Source: a virus. Taken from it: a stretch of DNA of 64,000 nt. Shown one piece after another: positions 8,600 through 18,536 of the stretch. The notes below the pieces were generated by a model. The model was not told where the DNA came from. It made no database searches and saw only the letters and a program-made list of their open reading frames with translations. The first letter of the stretch is position 1. The number at the start of each line of letters is the position of its first letter. The DNA is taken from the IMG/VR virus record IMGVR_UViG_3300037454_000906, positions 160,001 through 224,000 of that record. One strand, given 5' to 3'. Position numbers and translations under genes: made by a program.

Positions 8600-10003
8600 T
8601 TATGATTCCGACGATTCATCACCCGATTCATCGACCGAAACATCCTGCTCGGATTTTTCTGAAGCCCTGGCACTCATCCAATCATAGTGGTCGTTCAATG
8701 CGCTGTTGGAAATCTCATTGAGGAGTCGCATTGGGTGCTCAAGTCCATCCGGCGGAAAGTAGTCATCTACTTTGCCAGCATCCGGTGATGCCGGGATAGT
8801 TTCGGGCCCATATGCACATGTAGCTACGGGAATGCCGATCCTGCTTATTCCATAGCGGAAATAAAGCCACTGTGCATCGCGTGTGGTGATGCGCCAATCC
8901 CCATAGAATACACTTTTTGCATACTCATCATGCAACTTATCGGATTTCTCAGTCTTTTCGGGAAATTCTTTCTGGAACAATGCGCGTACTTTTTCGTAGA
9001 TATCATCGCGCACCTTCACCTTGCCATGAACTAGATTAGAATCATTATTACCTATCTTGATGTCGATTTGGCACGTTGTCCAATCGAAGAACATGAATTC
9101 ATTGCCGATGATGTCAAAAATGTCACGGTGGATAAACGTCTTGAAACGTGTTTTCTGGCGCCAATCATCGCTTTCAAGTATCATTGGCGCATATACGCTT
9201 AGAGCAGCCAAGTCTGCCAGATCCGGTGCACAACTTGTGCGGCTTGCGCATGTACGGATGACGTTATCGAGGATGGGAATAATCTTCGTGAACTTAGCAA
9301 GGAATTCTTCCTTCTCCTTCCGGATGATATCCCCCAGATGGGCAGATTTATTGACAATGTCATCAACGAGCGCATTGACAACATCCAGGTTGCTTGCAGT
9401 TTCGGGAAGTCCGAGAATTTTCTTAGCATCGTCAATATTTTTCCAGTCAGCCTTATAACTTTTAATATTTCCGCCGCTATCAAATTCATACCCGACCTTC
9501 ACGATAATATTGCCATCCCTATCGAACCCGATGAGTTCATTCACGTGCTCTTTGGCCTTTTCGGGCAGCATCTTAATGTTGTGAATACCGACCGCACCAT
9601 CGAGCGTATTGCGTACCAGTTCAAACCATGGTTGCTGCATGCACTCAATCTTCAACCGGAGGAAGTCAGCGTATGTTGCGAGCGTAGACTCTTCAGGATT
9701 GATTGCCTTTGTACACTTCTCGATGATTTCCGGGGTGATTTCCTGGGCAGTATAGGTAAGGGGACCCATCTTCCACCCGTTCTCTTTTAGATACTTGTTG
9801 GCATCCGCAATGGCGGTTTCAAGGGTTTCATCCTCGGAGAACCCGGCCATGCCGGAACCATCGCACCAATGTACAGCATACCCGAAACGGGAAAGCTGGA
9901 TGTGATCACCGGTACAATGTTTTCCTTCATGGTTGAAGATTTCCGCCTGGGCCTCCACCAGCTTGGATGGCATGTAGGCGGCAAATAATGAAAATCGTCT
10001 CAT
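8600..10003 (-). CDS. Hypothetical phage protein (467 aa)
   Basis: SD AAGGAG; long ORF. Confidence 0.8.
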   Translation of the reverse strand: MRRFSLFAAYMPSKLVEAQAEIFNHEGKHCTGDHIQLSRFGYAVHWCDGSGMAGFSEDETLETAIADANKYLKENGWKMGPLTYTAQEITPEIIEKCTKAINPEESTLATYADFLRLKIECMQQPWFELVRNTLDGAVGIHNIKMLPEKAKEHVNELIGFDRDGNIIVKVGYEFDSGGNIKSYKADWKNIDDAKKILGLPETASNLDVVNALVDDIVNKSAHLGDIIRKEKEEFLAKFTKIIPILDNVIRTCASRTSCAPDLADLAALSVYAPMILESDDWRQKTRFKTFIHRDIFDIIGNEFMFFDWTTCQIDIKIGNNDSNLVHGKVKVRDDIYEKVRALFQKEFPEKTEKSDKLHDEYAKSVFYGDWRITTRDAQWLYFRYGISRIGIPVATCAYGPETIPASPDAGKVDDYFPPDGLEHPMRLLNEISNSALNDHYDWMSARASEKSEQDVSVDESGDESSES

Positions 10004-10068
10004 GGTTACTCCTTATTGTTTACGGCATTATTGTCATTGTTTGGTGATTGGCTGGATGAACAGCATGA

Positions 10069-10227
10069 TCACCTATTATCCATTTCTTTCATTTCGAACT
10101 TCATGCGTTGTTCCTCCTTGTACTTGTTCAGCGCATGATGGAAATCGCGCTTGTTGAACAAGTACCCGAAACTGCGTTTGCCGGTTTTTGCCCAGTACAT
10201 GAATCCCCAGAAGAAGTGCTTCGCCAT
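10069..10227 (-). CDS. Hypothetical small protein
   Basis: SD AGGA before MAKHFFWGF. Confidence 0.6.
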   Translation of the reverse strand: MAKHFFWGFMYWAKTGKRSFGYLFNKRDFHHALNKYKEEQRMKFEMKEMDNR

Positions 10228-10231
10228 GGTC

Positions 10232-10792
10232 CTATCCTTTGGAATGCAACAGGTTCCTGAATTCCAATTCCTGCATGATGTGTTCGAACACCTGTTCATA
10301 TCCGGACTGCTCCCCGCGCATCACCGCATAGGGAACGCCCTGGTCATCGAGCATCTTCCGGATGGTCTTGTCGATTTCCTTGGATTCCTCCTCGGTCTGG
10401 TTCCTTCCGTTGGGGTTGTACGGCTTGACCCTTTCCAGGAAAATTTCGATCGTGCTTCCACGATACTGGTCGGCTTCCTCAACACAGGCAAGTCCAAGTT
10501 GTGGGCGGCCATTCAGGTCAGCATAGATTTTACCGAGCCGGATGGGCGAATCGGTAACGATGACATCGACCTTACCGAAGCACCGGGATACGCGGAATGA
10601 CTGTTTGCCTGTAATGTAGAACTGGCACTTGAACGCCTCCTGGCTGCCTTCCCACACCTTATCCTTAGCGACCTCGGTGACATATTCGGCATCGACCCCG
10701 GCCATTTTCAACTTAGCGAATATATAGGCAGCGCCGGAACTTTTTCCCGTTCCGGGGCCACCGTAGAGGTTCACGATAATCGTATTCTTCAT
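10232..10792 (-). CDS. P-loop NTPase, NadR/AAA_28-like nucleotide kinase
   Basis: IVNLYGGPGTGKS Walker A, EYVTEVAK, VIVTDSP; start refined to MKNTII. Confidence 0.75.
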   Translation of the reverse strand: MKNTIIVNLYGGPGTGKSSGAAYIFAKLKMAGVDAEYVTEVAKDKVWEGSQEAFKCQFYITGKQSFRVSRCFGKVDVIVTDSPIRLGKIYADLNGRPQLGLACVEEADQYRGSTIEIFLERVKPYNPNGRNQTEEESKEIDKTIRKMLDDQGVPYAVMRGEQSGYEQVFEHIMQELEFRNLLHSKG

Positions 10793-11022
10793 ATTTCGAC
10801 GGGCTCCGGCCTCTTCACGAAAGTGTACTTGAACTGCTCGAACATACGTCTGAATATGCGAACAATAAGGTTTGGTTTGTGATAGGGGCACATTATGATT
10901 CCATTGCGCCTGCCATTGTTTCTTCCCTTGTACCCCAGCAGGGCGTAGCTCGCGTCCGCGTAGATGTCACGGTAAATCTTGATCTCACTTTCTGATAACA
11001 GGCTCGCATTCGAGTTTTCCAT
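10789..11022 (-). CDS. Hypothetical phage protein
   Basis: SD GAGG; ATGA overlap with the downstream gene. Confidence 0.6.
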   Translation of the reverse strand: MENSNASLLSESEIKIYRDIYADASYALLGYKGRNNGRRNGIIMCPYHKPNLIVRIFRRMFEQFKYTFVKRPEPVEI

Positions 11023-11899
11023 TCTTAACCTCGCACTTTACGTTGATGTGGTCCACCGATTGTTCAGCGGTACAGCGCATGTGCACATGCAGATATGTAG
11101 GGCGGTGCGCTTTATAGATACGGTCCTGGGCGATTTCGTAGTATTCCGGATCGATTTCCATCCCGACGAAGCGACGCCCAGTGTTCAACGCGGCAATCCC
11201 GCATCCGCCGGCACCCATGCAATTATCTAATATAACTTCACCCGGATTGGTGAAGGTCCTGATGAGGTATTCCAGGAGCGGGATTGGCTTCTCGGTCCTG
11301 TGGTTGCTCGCCGAAGGGTGTGGCTTGGCCAGCTTGACAATCGACGTGGGATATTTCTGCGTGCTGCCCTTCCTGGTGTCATCGGTGGCCTTGAAATCCC
11401 CGTAATTGTTGTTGACCATGTCCTTGCTCTTATAGGCATTCCCGCGCCCGTGTAACGGTTTGCCCTCATGGAACTGGGGGTTGTATGTCGGAAGTTGCTT
11501 GTAGAACACGGCGATTTGCTCGTGTTGCCGCAACGGCATCTTCCTGGCATTGAGGAACCCGGTGGTCAGCACCTTGTCCCACACCATGTCATATCGGAAC
11601 ATCTTGCGGTTGGATGCCACCAGGTCCACATAGAACAGCCCCTGTGCAAAAAGAACTATGGCGCCGTTGTCCTTGATGACCCGCTCGTATTCTTTCCAGA
11701 GTGGCTCGAACGGCAGTCGCTTGTCATGGGGGTTGTGCGTGACGCCGTAGGGAAGGTCGCACAGGATCATGTCGACGGACGCATCGTCCAGGTCCTTCAT
11801 GTATGTCAGGCAGTCGCCGCGGTACAGCATTGTGTCATACCCGCCGGTTCTCGGGTTCACCCCGCGCGGTTTCGTCATTTGTTCACCGGTTTCGCTCAT
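10985..11899 (-). CDS. Beta-class N6-adenine/N4-cytosine DNA methyltransferase
   Basis: GDCL..M; MILCDLPYG (motif IV variant) before H.TEKP and ILDNCMGAG (motif I), FVGMEIDPEY. Confidence 0.9.
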   Translation of the reverse strand: MSETGEQMTKPRGVNPRTGGYDTMLYRGDCLTYMKDLDDASVDMILCDLPYGVTHNPHDKRLPFEPLWKEYERVIKDNGAIVLFAQGLFYVDLVASNRKMFRYDMVWDKVLTTGFLNARKMPLRQHEQIAVFYKQLPTYNPQFHEGKPLHGRGNAYKSKDMVNNNYGDFKATDDTRKGSTQKYPTSIVKLAKPHPSASNHRTEKPIPLLEYLIRTFTNPGEVILDNCMGAGGCGIAALNTGRRFVGMEIDPEYYEIAQDRIYKAHRPTYLHVHMRCTAEQSVDHINVKCEVKNGKLECEPVIRK

Positions 11900-11910
11900 T
11901 CACCAATCCT

Positions 11911-12774
11911 CTAAAATAACCTGGGATCGCCATACCATAGCGGCAAGGAGGGCACGGTTACCATTACCGGCTCCAGCAAATCATTGTGTTCTTTGGCAAG
12001 CGCAATCAAGTTATCGCTCGCCTGATTAACCAAATCCTCGTTATCGCCAACGAATTCGATGCTGTACCGAATCTTTCCCCAAAGGAATCCAACATACTCG
12101 GCGTATGCTATGACGGATACATTGTAGTGGTGTGCCAGCGTACGGAGGGTTTCCTCGACCTCGTCCTTGTCGCACTTGGGTACGGTGAGAACGCGATTGC
12201 ATGTAATGTCACGCCTGATCAATGCTTTCACGGACCCGACGAAAGCCTCCATGGCTTCATTGAGTTTGCCGTTATTGAACACTACCGCATCCCATGGGGC
12301 ATTCTGCTCGAACTCGTCAAACTGGGCGTTTTCGTCCTCGGTTCGCTTGGCCCAGGTCGAACTGTCCCCGTTGCGCAGGTTCGCGCGTGCCTTGCGGTTT
12401 TCTTCGCTCGTGCTGACATATATCACCTTCATGTTGAACCGGTCGGCGAACTTCTTGCAGAAGTAGTAGCCCTGTGGGTCGATGACATAGAACACCACGT
12501 CGGCATCGATCTTGGAAAGCATCTCGACCGTGGTGCAATACCGGTACCCGGTCTCCCCAATCTGCGTGTAGGCGAACGGCTCCTCGCGTTCGAGCAGGGC
12601 GGTGAACTCGTCCTTGGTGAGAAAAGTATGTTCCACGCCTTCCGTTTCGGATGCGCGTTTCGGACGATCGGTGTAAGACGGTATGGCCGATGCGCCGAAT
12701 ACGGACTGGGCGTGCCTGACAAGGGTGTCCTTGCCGGAGCCGGAGCGACCTATGACCAGAATCAAATTCTTCAT
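11911..12774 (-). CDS. gmk: Guanylate kinase-like protein with C-terminal extension
   Basis: VIGRSGSGKDT, SYTDRPKRASETEGVEHTF, RYCT. Confidence 0.8.
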   Translation of the reverse strand: MKNLILVIGRSGSGKDTLVRHAQSVFGASAIPSYTDRPKRASETEGVEHTFLTKDEFTALLEREEPFAYTQIGETGYRYCTTVEMLSKIDADVVFYVIDPQGYYFCKKFADRFNMKVIYVSTSEENRKARANLRNGDSSTWAKRTEDENAQFDEFEQNAPWDAVVFNNGKLNEAMEAFVGSVKALIRRDITCNRVLTVPKCDKDEVEETLRTLAHHYNVSVIAYAEYVGFLWGKIRYSIEFVGDNEDLVNQASDNLIALAKEHNDLLEPVMVTVPSLPLWYGDPRLF

Positions 12775-12776
12775 GC

Positions 12777-13190
12777 TTACTCCGCCCCGACTTCAATCAC
12801 GTATTCATCATTGAGACCCTCTTCACGCCACGTGTCCACTTGTTTCGGGTTCCAGTTGGCAATAGTGCCGTTTTCGTCGATATCCATGATGATGTAGTCA
12901 CCATATCCCTCGCTCTTGGGGCACATGAAATCCGGTACGTACTCTTCGCGGGGGGTCTTCCAGGTGCGGGCGCCATCATGCAGGGTGACCATGCACTGGT
13001 CAGACACCTTGGCATACACCGAACATTTAACTCCCCGGGTCCAGTTCGTGATCACCCCGGTATCAACGTCGATGGTGGGCTTCCATTGGTACTCGCCCGA
13101 CACCTCGTGAATACATGGAATCTCCGTTCCCGGGATTTCAGGTTTGAAATCCTCTAAATAGACAACTGCAGAAATTTCGACTGTTTTCAA
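12777..13190 (-). CDS. Conserved hypothetical phage protein
   Basis: TTG start after GGAGG; WKPTIDVDTGVITNW...GYGDYIIMDID; upstream TTGCAC...TATATT promoter. Confidence 0.7.
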   Translation of the reverse strand: MKTVEISAVVYLEDFKPEIPGTEIPCIHEVSGEYQWKPTIDVDTGVITNWTRGVKCSVYAKVSDQCMVTLHDGARTWKTPREEYVPDFMCPKSEGYGDYIIMDIDENGTIANWNPKQVDTWREEGLNDEYVIEVGAE

Positions 13191-13269
13191 AATGGCCTCC
13201 TGACCAATAGTTATAGTGAAATATAGCAAATAATGAATGGGAATGTGCAAAAAATGATAAACTTTTTGC

Positions 13270-13446
13270 ATGGAGCCATACAAATACTCGATCATCTATG
13301 TGGATACCCGTTCCGGCCTGTGCGGATGCTCGCCGGATGTTTTTTATCACGCCAGGGACATGATGGACCTCATTTCCTGGTACGAATGCAGGCATAGGTT
13401 CACCAAAGTGGTCGCCGTGATTCCACATGAGAAAAGGCCGGACTGA
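13270..13446 (+). CDS. Unannotated 58-aa protein
   Basis: Manual read MEPYKYSIIYVDTRSGLCGCSPDVFYHARDMMDLISWYECRHRFTKVVAVIPHEKRPD*; fills an otherwise empty gap; GATAAACT upstream. Confidence 0.55.
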   Translation: MEPYKYSIIYVDTRSGLCGCSPDVFYHARDMMDLISWYECRHRFTKVVAVIPHEKRPD

Positions 13447-13455
13447 GCCGGCCTT
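13432..13455 (-). terminator. Intrinsic terminator after AAA gene
   Basis: AAGGCCGG-6-CCGGCCTT with A-run on +. Confidence 0.7.
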
Positions 13456-13475
13456 GCGCGTATGTCACGGATTTC

Positions 13476-14705
13476 TCACCTATCTACCAGGTAGAGGGGT
13501 CTCCGTTCTCTCTTCATGGACAGCAACCTGATGTCACCCACGTTCGCCAGTTTGGAGGGTTCGAAATCACCAAAGGACTTTCCGCCGACCTTGAGTTCGT
13601 GCGAGACGAGCTTGATCTTGGAAATCGCCGTCTTCGGGATTATCGCCAGGCCCTCCTTGTTCAACTTGACCTTCCGGCCATCGAACGTGATCTCGATTAC
13701 GGAGCCCGGAGGATCCGTCCTCCCGATGGTCTTCTTATCGGTGTAGGTAGCCGGCAGTTCTCCGTAGAAGTTTTCCCTGTACTTCGTTGAGGTACGGATG
13801 TCTTCCAGGTCGTTGTACAGCTCGGTCGTGTATTCGACCCCGTTGATGATCACCGATGCCAGGAATCCGGATTCGCCGTCACGGTCAAGGTTCAAGTCGC
13901 GGAGGGCGTCTTGGATGCTCGAACCAGCATTGAGTTCTTCCACTACCGCGGAAATCCCATCGTAGTTGATGGCGTAGGTCCCCATGCAGGATACCGCGTA
14001 CTGGATGTCCTTCTTGCTGACTACCTTCGGGTCGCATTCCCCCTCGAGGTACTCGAACATCTCGTCGTGAGTCAATGTACGGAACTCAAAATGGTAGTAG
14101 AATCGCCCCGGGCGGTTCAGCATATATTCGTTGAGGTCGTCTGTGTCATTGGCCGTCGCGATGAAAAGGCGCTTCTCCGAAGATCCGATGCCGTCAAGCA
14201 TCGAGAGGAACCTGTTCTGTTCATTCTTGGCATCCTCGTCCTTATCCGCGTCATCCGGGAAGTTCTTTTCAAATTCATCCATGATTACCACGATCGGCTG
14301 GGTAATCATCTCAAGGATGCCCACGGTCTCGGACACCTTGCAGCCTCCGTCCACGATAATCACCGGAAATCCGTTTTCGATGGCGGTCACCATGGCGCAA
14401 CGGGCGAACATGGATTTCCCCATGCCCCTTTCACCGGTCAGCAATACGCCGGTACTGCGCGGACGGCGCTTGAACGCGGCAAACGTCTTTTCCAGCATGG
14501 CCGGGATTCTTCCATAGATTTTCTTGGGGACCGACATGTCCACCTGAACCCTCTGTTCGAGGATGGTTCCCTGGAACGGGAGGTTCCTGATGACGTATAC
14601 GCCAACCGGTAGAGAACTGCTGATATCGCGGAGGTCTCCGACCGGAATGAACTGTGTACCCGATACCAGGTACTGGGTCTTGCTTGATTGTGTATTCTTG
14701 TTCAT
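13476..14705 (-). CDS. AAA+ ATPase
   Basis: GVLLTGERGMGKS, VVIMDEFEK, LSMLDG, IATAN, NRPGRF (arginine finger). Confidence 0.9.
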   Translation of the reverse strand: MNKNTQSSKTQYLVSGTQFIPVGDLRDISSSLPVGVYVIRNLPFQGTILEQRVQVDMSVPKKIYGRIPAMLEKTFAAFKRRPRSTGVLLTGERGMGKSMFARCAMVTAIENGFPVIIVDGGCKVSETVGILEMITQPIVVIMDEFEKNFPDDADKDEDAKNEQNRFLSMLDGIGSSEKRLFIATANDTDDLNEYMLNRPGRFYYHFEFRTLTHDEMFEYLEGECDPKVVSKKDIQYAVSCMGTYAINYDGISAVVEELNAGSSIQDALRDLNLDRDGESGFLASVIINGVEYTTELYNDLEDIRTSTKYRENFYGELPATYTDKKTIGRTDPPGSVIEITFDGRKVKLNKEGLAIIPKTAISKIKLVSHELKVGGKSFGDFEPSKLANVGDIRLLSMKRERRPLYLVDR

Positions 14706-14763
14706 GGACCAAATGTAGCAAGACTCATTTGCCGTGGCAACCGCACGACCCGGCTACCGGCAA

Positions 14764-15912
14764 TCAACCTTTCTTGACATTCAGTTCCATCACCGTGAAG
14801 GCCAGGAAGTAGAGCACCGCAAGAACCAGATACAGCGTGGTTCCGGTGAACATGTTTGCCAGCATTGGGCCGAATATCCCGCCAACGCTCCACCCGGTCA
14901 ACGTAAGTGAATGAATCCTGGACGTATTGGCCATCCCGAACCTCCGGGCAAGCAGGCTTGGCAGTACACTGAAGTTGCCTCCGTAGGCGGCCTCGCAGAG
15001 GAGGATGCCGATGACGCTCACCAGGGGGTTCCCCGTTATGCAGAATAGGGCCCCCAGGATTCCGAACGAACACACGAAATGGTAACTTGCCTTGCGCCCG
15101 ATACGGTCACTCAGGGTCGAGAACCCTATACGCCCGCCGGCATTGGATAGCGCGGTTCCCGACAGGACAGCGGCAACCGAGGCGACGCCCAGGCCGAGCA
15201 AAAGCATTTTTTCCTGGGAAATGATGGCCAACCCGCACGATATGTTCACCATGAACATGAACCATATCGCCCACCATTCCTTCCGTTTCAGGAGTTCCAC
15301 ATAACTAAATTCGGCAGCCCCATAATCCTTGGCCATGTAGGGGTACTTGCGCAGCAGGAGGGCGGAACCGGTCATCACAATCGCATATATGCCCCCCATG
15401 ATGAAGAACACCTTTGCCAACGACACGTTGGCCAGAAGCCACTCGATGACCGGGGACGCGATGAACTTCGCCAAGCCGAACCCGGTAATCGCCAGGCCGG
15501 ACGCCATCCCCTTGTGGTCGGCGAAGAAAGCCATGAGGGTCTTCACGGGGGTGACATACCCTATGCCGGTGCCCGCGCCTATGATAGCCGTGGCGGCGTA
15601 GAAGCATGGAAGGCACTGGGTGGCCACCGAGATACCCAGTAGGGCAAATCCCGCGATGAACACGACGGTGGAGATCCATGCGCCGAGACGAGGATTCTTC
15701 TCGATGGTGTTGCCAAAGATGGCGGCACACATGCCGAGAAAGAAAATGATGAGGGTGAAGCCGATATCCGTCTGGAACCGGGTGATGTCAAAGGTCCGCA
15801 TCAGGTCCGCCGAGAACTGGGACCAGCAATACACGGAACCGATACAAGTAGTGAACGCTACCCCAGGGATGGCGCAGTTTAACCATTTATTGGGCATTTT
15901 ATCCATGACCAC
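14764..15912 (-). CDS. MFS transporter, oxalate/formate antiporter (OFA)-like
   Basis: About 12 TMs; GSVYCWSQF, GAGTGIGYVTPVKTL...F.DHKGMASGLAITGFG, GRIGFSTLSDRIGRK, YGGNFSVLP. Confidence 0.85.
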   Translation of the reverse strand: MVMDKMPNKWLNCAIPGVAFTTCIGSVYCWSQFSADLMRTFDITRFQTDIGFTLIIFFLGMCAAIFGNTIEKNPRLGAWISTVVFIAGFALLGISVATQCLPCFYAATAIIGAGTGIGYVTPVKTLMAFFADHKGMASGLAITGFGLAKFIASPVIEWLLANVSLAKVFFIMGGIYAIVMTGSALLLRKYPYMAKDYGAAEFSYVELLKRKEWWAIWFMFMVNISCGLAIISQEKMLLLGLGVASVAAVLSGTALSNAGGRIGFSTLSDRIGRKASYHFVCSFGILGALFCITGNPLVSVIGILLCEAAYGGNFSVLPSLLARRFGMANTSRIHSLTLTGWSVGGIFGPMLANMFTGTTLYLVLAVLYFLAFTVMELNVKKG

Positions 15913-15915
15913 AGT

Positions 15916-16176
15916 TTATCGGGGAACCTCGTTGCAACGGGCCGGTTTCCCCATGGCATTCATGTATACGGTGATGCCACCCCTATGATTGCTACCCCAC
16001 CACCGGAGATACGCGATATCCGTCTTCTTGTCACAGAATATGTCGAATTCGTGAGAAATTTCGATGGTGTTGACGATACGAGTGTTGTCATGGAGGTGCT
16101 CCACGTCATCACTACCCTGACAGCAACCTGCCATCATCAATGCCATCACGGCAACAGCAAACCACATTTTCTTCAT
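15916..16176 (-). CDS. Small lipoprotein (DUF6440-like)
   Basis: Lipobox MMAGC; FCDKKTDIAYL...GGITVYMNAMGKP. Confidence 0.65.
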   Translation of the reverse strand: MKKMWFAVAVMALMMAGCCQGSDDVEHLHDNTRIVNTIEISHEFDIFCDKKTDIAYLRWWGSNHRGGITVYMNAMGKPARCNEVPR

Positions 16177-16184
16177 AAAAGACC

Positions 16185-16547
16185 TCACTTTTTAGGCGGA
16201 TTGTATTCGTTTAATGCCAGTCCATGGGATGATACCGCCTCGTGGTCACACTTTTCCATGGCCCGCTGGAGCCTGGCGACCATGTTCGCGATGTCGTTCT
16301 TTTCCGCGACCACGTACACCTTGTCGTCCTCCAGGTCCAGATCCCCGTCCCAGTCCCATTCACTGAATGGGTCATCGTCTTCCCCGTTCGGATCCGGATC
16401 CAGGTCGACTGCGCCAAACACGTGGCCGTGCGCGTCGCGACCGCTGGTCAACAACCAGCCAACGTCATTGTACACGTTAGGTTTCCATTCTCTGATCAGA
16501 AGCGGGCAGTCCATACTCAGGATTTCCGCCTTAGTCATTACTCTCAT
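16185..16547 (-). CDS. Hypothetical acidic protein
   Basis: SD AAGGA; 120 aa. Confidence 0.7.
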   Translation of the reverse strand: MRVMTKAEILSMDCPLLIREWKPNVYNDVGWLLTSGRDAHGHVFGAVDLDPDPNGEDDDPFSEWDWDGDLDLEDDKVYVVAEKNDIANMVARLQRAMEKCDHEAVSSHGLALNEYNPPKK

Positions 16548-16574
16548 ATGTCTTCCTTTGCCATTATCTTCGGG

Positions 16575-17663
16575 TTAAAGTTTCACGTCATACTTCTCGA
16601 TTAGTTCCTGAAGGTCCTTATCAATCGGCATCTTGTAGGTGTCGTGAAGCCAATGCACCTGCCGCTTTATAGGTTCACTCGGCGAGAATGCGCTCTCGAT
16701 GACTGTCGGAAGCAACCCATACTTGTGGATAAGCACTCTATTGACGCCTTGCGTGAGAAAATGTATCGAGTCGGGTACCTTCTGGCAGCAGATTTCATCC
16801 ACTTCTTTCGCGGTAAAGGTTTGTCCATCGTAAACGCAGGTTAACAGGTCATCACTATATTCGACATGCGGAATGCCCGGACAATATTCGCGAGCTTCCT
16901 TATATGCCGCAATGAAATTTTTGTTAAACTTGGTATTGTCACCCTTTCCAACCGTATCCCGTCTGGTGTATGCGTCAATGACACCAAGCTGGTCGTGCTT
17001 GTCCTTAAATTGCGACACATCAGGATATGTGTCATATTCCGACAGGTCAACCTTGAAAAGCGGATCCTTCTTTAGCAAGTTCAGTTCCGCCTGCATGTCC
17101 TTGGCAATTTGTGCAAATTCGTCATGGAACCCCGGTTGCCCGGAACACTTAACCTTGGGTTTATATGCTACGCGAATCTTTCCGCCGGCGCGGGACAAAT
17201 CGAAATCAATGTCGATTTCTATCCTGCGATAAATCGAATGTCCATAGCCGATGTTGCGTTCTACGTTGATGCAATAGGGCTCGATGTCCAAGCTGTCCGT
17301 CTTGGTATTTTTTGCCTTTATTCGGTCAGCGAACTTATCTATGACCTTCTTAGTAGCAATGGTATTAAAACCATGCGGATACCAGCCATATTGATACGGC
17401 GATCCATTACCGGTAGTGAAATCGGTATCGACTACATGCAGCATGGACATGCCCTTGATCCACCAGCGGACATATTCCCGGATGACATCCTGCCAGTCCA
17501 TCGCTTCAAGACGTTTCATCTCATCGGCAACACGCTTGGATAACAGGCGTACATGGTGATTGTCGTAGATATCAAAGATTTTTGGTGTCCAGTACGCCGG
17601 ATCTTCCGGTGTACGGGAATCAAAATAGACAGCCGCCTGTTTATGAAAAGCATCAAGGTCCAT
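16575..17663 (-). CDS. Hypothetical phage protein (362 aa)
   Basis: Long ORF, TAATG overlap. Confidence 0.8.
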   Translation of the reverse strand: MDLDAFHKQAAVYFDSRTPEDPAYWTPKIFDIYDNHHVRLLSKRVADEMKRLEAMDWQDVIREYVRWWIKGMSMLHVVDTDFTTGNGSPYQYGWYPHGFNTIATKKVIDKFADRIKAKNTKTDSLDIEPYCINVERNIGYGHSIYRRIEIDIDFDLSRAGGKIRVAYKPKVKCSGQPGFHDEFAQIAKDMQAELNLLKKDPLFKVDLSEYDTYPDVSQFKDKHDQLGVIDAYTRRDTVGKGDNTKFNKNFIAAYKEAREYCPGIPHVEYSDDLLTCVYDGQTFTAKEVDEICCQKVPDSIHFLTQGVNRVLIHKYGLLPTVIESAFSPSEPIKRQVHWLHDTYKMPIDKDLQELIEKYDVKL

Positions 17664-18247
17664 TATTCGCCTCCCAGCACTTCCATTGCGCCGACCACTT
17701 GGTCATAATACGGTTTTAGGTCGATCCGCCTGGTAATTGGTTCATTCTTCTTGGTATTCTCGGTGATAGTGAGCATCTCCAATTTGGCCTCAGTGAACGG
17801 CCCGTTTATGTCATCCCAGCAATCCCTGCAGTATGGACATATCCATCCCCTCGTTATAGATACGTGGGGCTTTCCGCATTGGCAACAGAAGTACCCGGCT
17901 AGATCCTCAAAGACGAAACATACTTCCGAGAAGGCCTTGCCACCGGGCATCGGGGTACAGAAATCCATGCGCAGGGTGCCATACTTTTCCTTGGCATCCG
18001 TCATGTAAATCTTCCCCGGGTCCATGCCATCGGACTTGATGGCGACCGCCATGGTTTCCAGCATGGTTTCCAGGAACCACGGCTTTTGCCATCCTACTGG
18101 GATGCATGCCAGACAGGACAATGTATCACTAAAGACCGGTTGTAACCAGTCCTTCGTCTTCCCACAGTCCACCGATTGGATGAATGGATACTTCTTGATC
18201 AGCGCGGTGAAATCCGGGCGGTATGTGTCATCTGCCATGCTACGCAT
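17663..18247 (-). CDS. Conserved phage protein with C-terminal Cys4 zinc ribbon
   Basis: KEKYGTLR...CCQCGKP...GWICPYCRDC. Confidence 0.75.
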   Translation of the reverse strand: MRSMADDTYRPDFTALIKKYPFIQSVDCGKTKDWLQPVFSDTLSCLACIPVGWQKPWFLETMLETMAVAIKSDGMDPGKIYMTDAKEKYGTLRMDFCTPMPGGKAFSEVCFVFEDLAGYFCCQCGKPHVSITRGWICPYCRDCWDDINGPFTEAKLEMLTITENTKKNEPITRRIDLKPYYDQVVGAMEVLGGE

Positions 18248-18253
18248 TGGGTG

Positions 18254-18520
18254 CTAGATCCTGGCCTGGTATTCCAGCTTGGCCACGGTTACGATGGCGG
18301 CCTTCTTGTCGGCCTCGACACGGAGCGCCGCAATCTTGTCATCGGAATCTATCGTGGCCAGGATGAGCGCTTCGGTTGGTTTCTTGGATCCATCCTTCGG
18401 ACAGGACAGTTCAATGAACTTCTTCGCCTTGGCCACGCGGAAAGCCTCGTAAGCCGCGTCCGCTTCGTTAATCGCCTTCAACAGTGTGTCCGTGTTCACT
18501 TTGATTTCTTCAGGTGTCAT
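18254..18520 (-). CDS. Hypothetical helical protein
   Basis: SD AAGGAG; 88 aa. Confidence 0.7.
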   Translation of the reverse strand: MTPEEIKVNTDTLLKAINEADAAYEAFRVAKAKKFIELSCPKDGSKKPTEALILATIDSDDKIAALRVEADKKAAIVTVAKLEYQARI

Positions 18521-18536
18521 ATTGGTCTCCTTTTAT

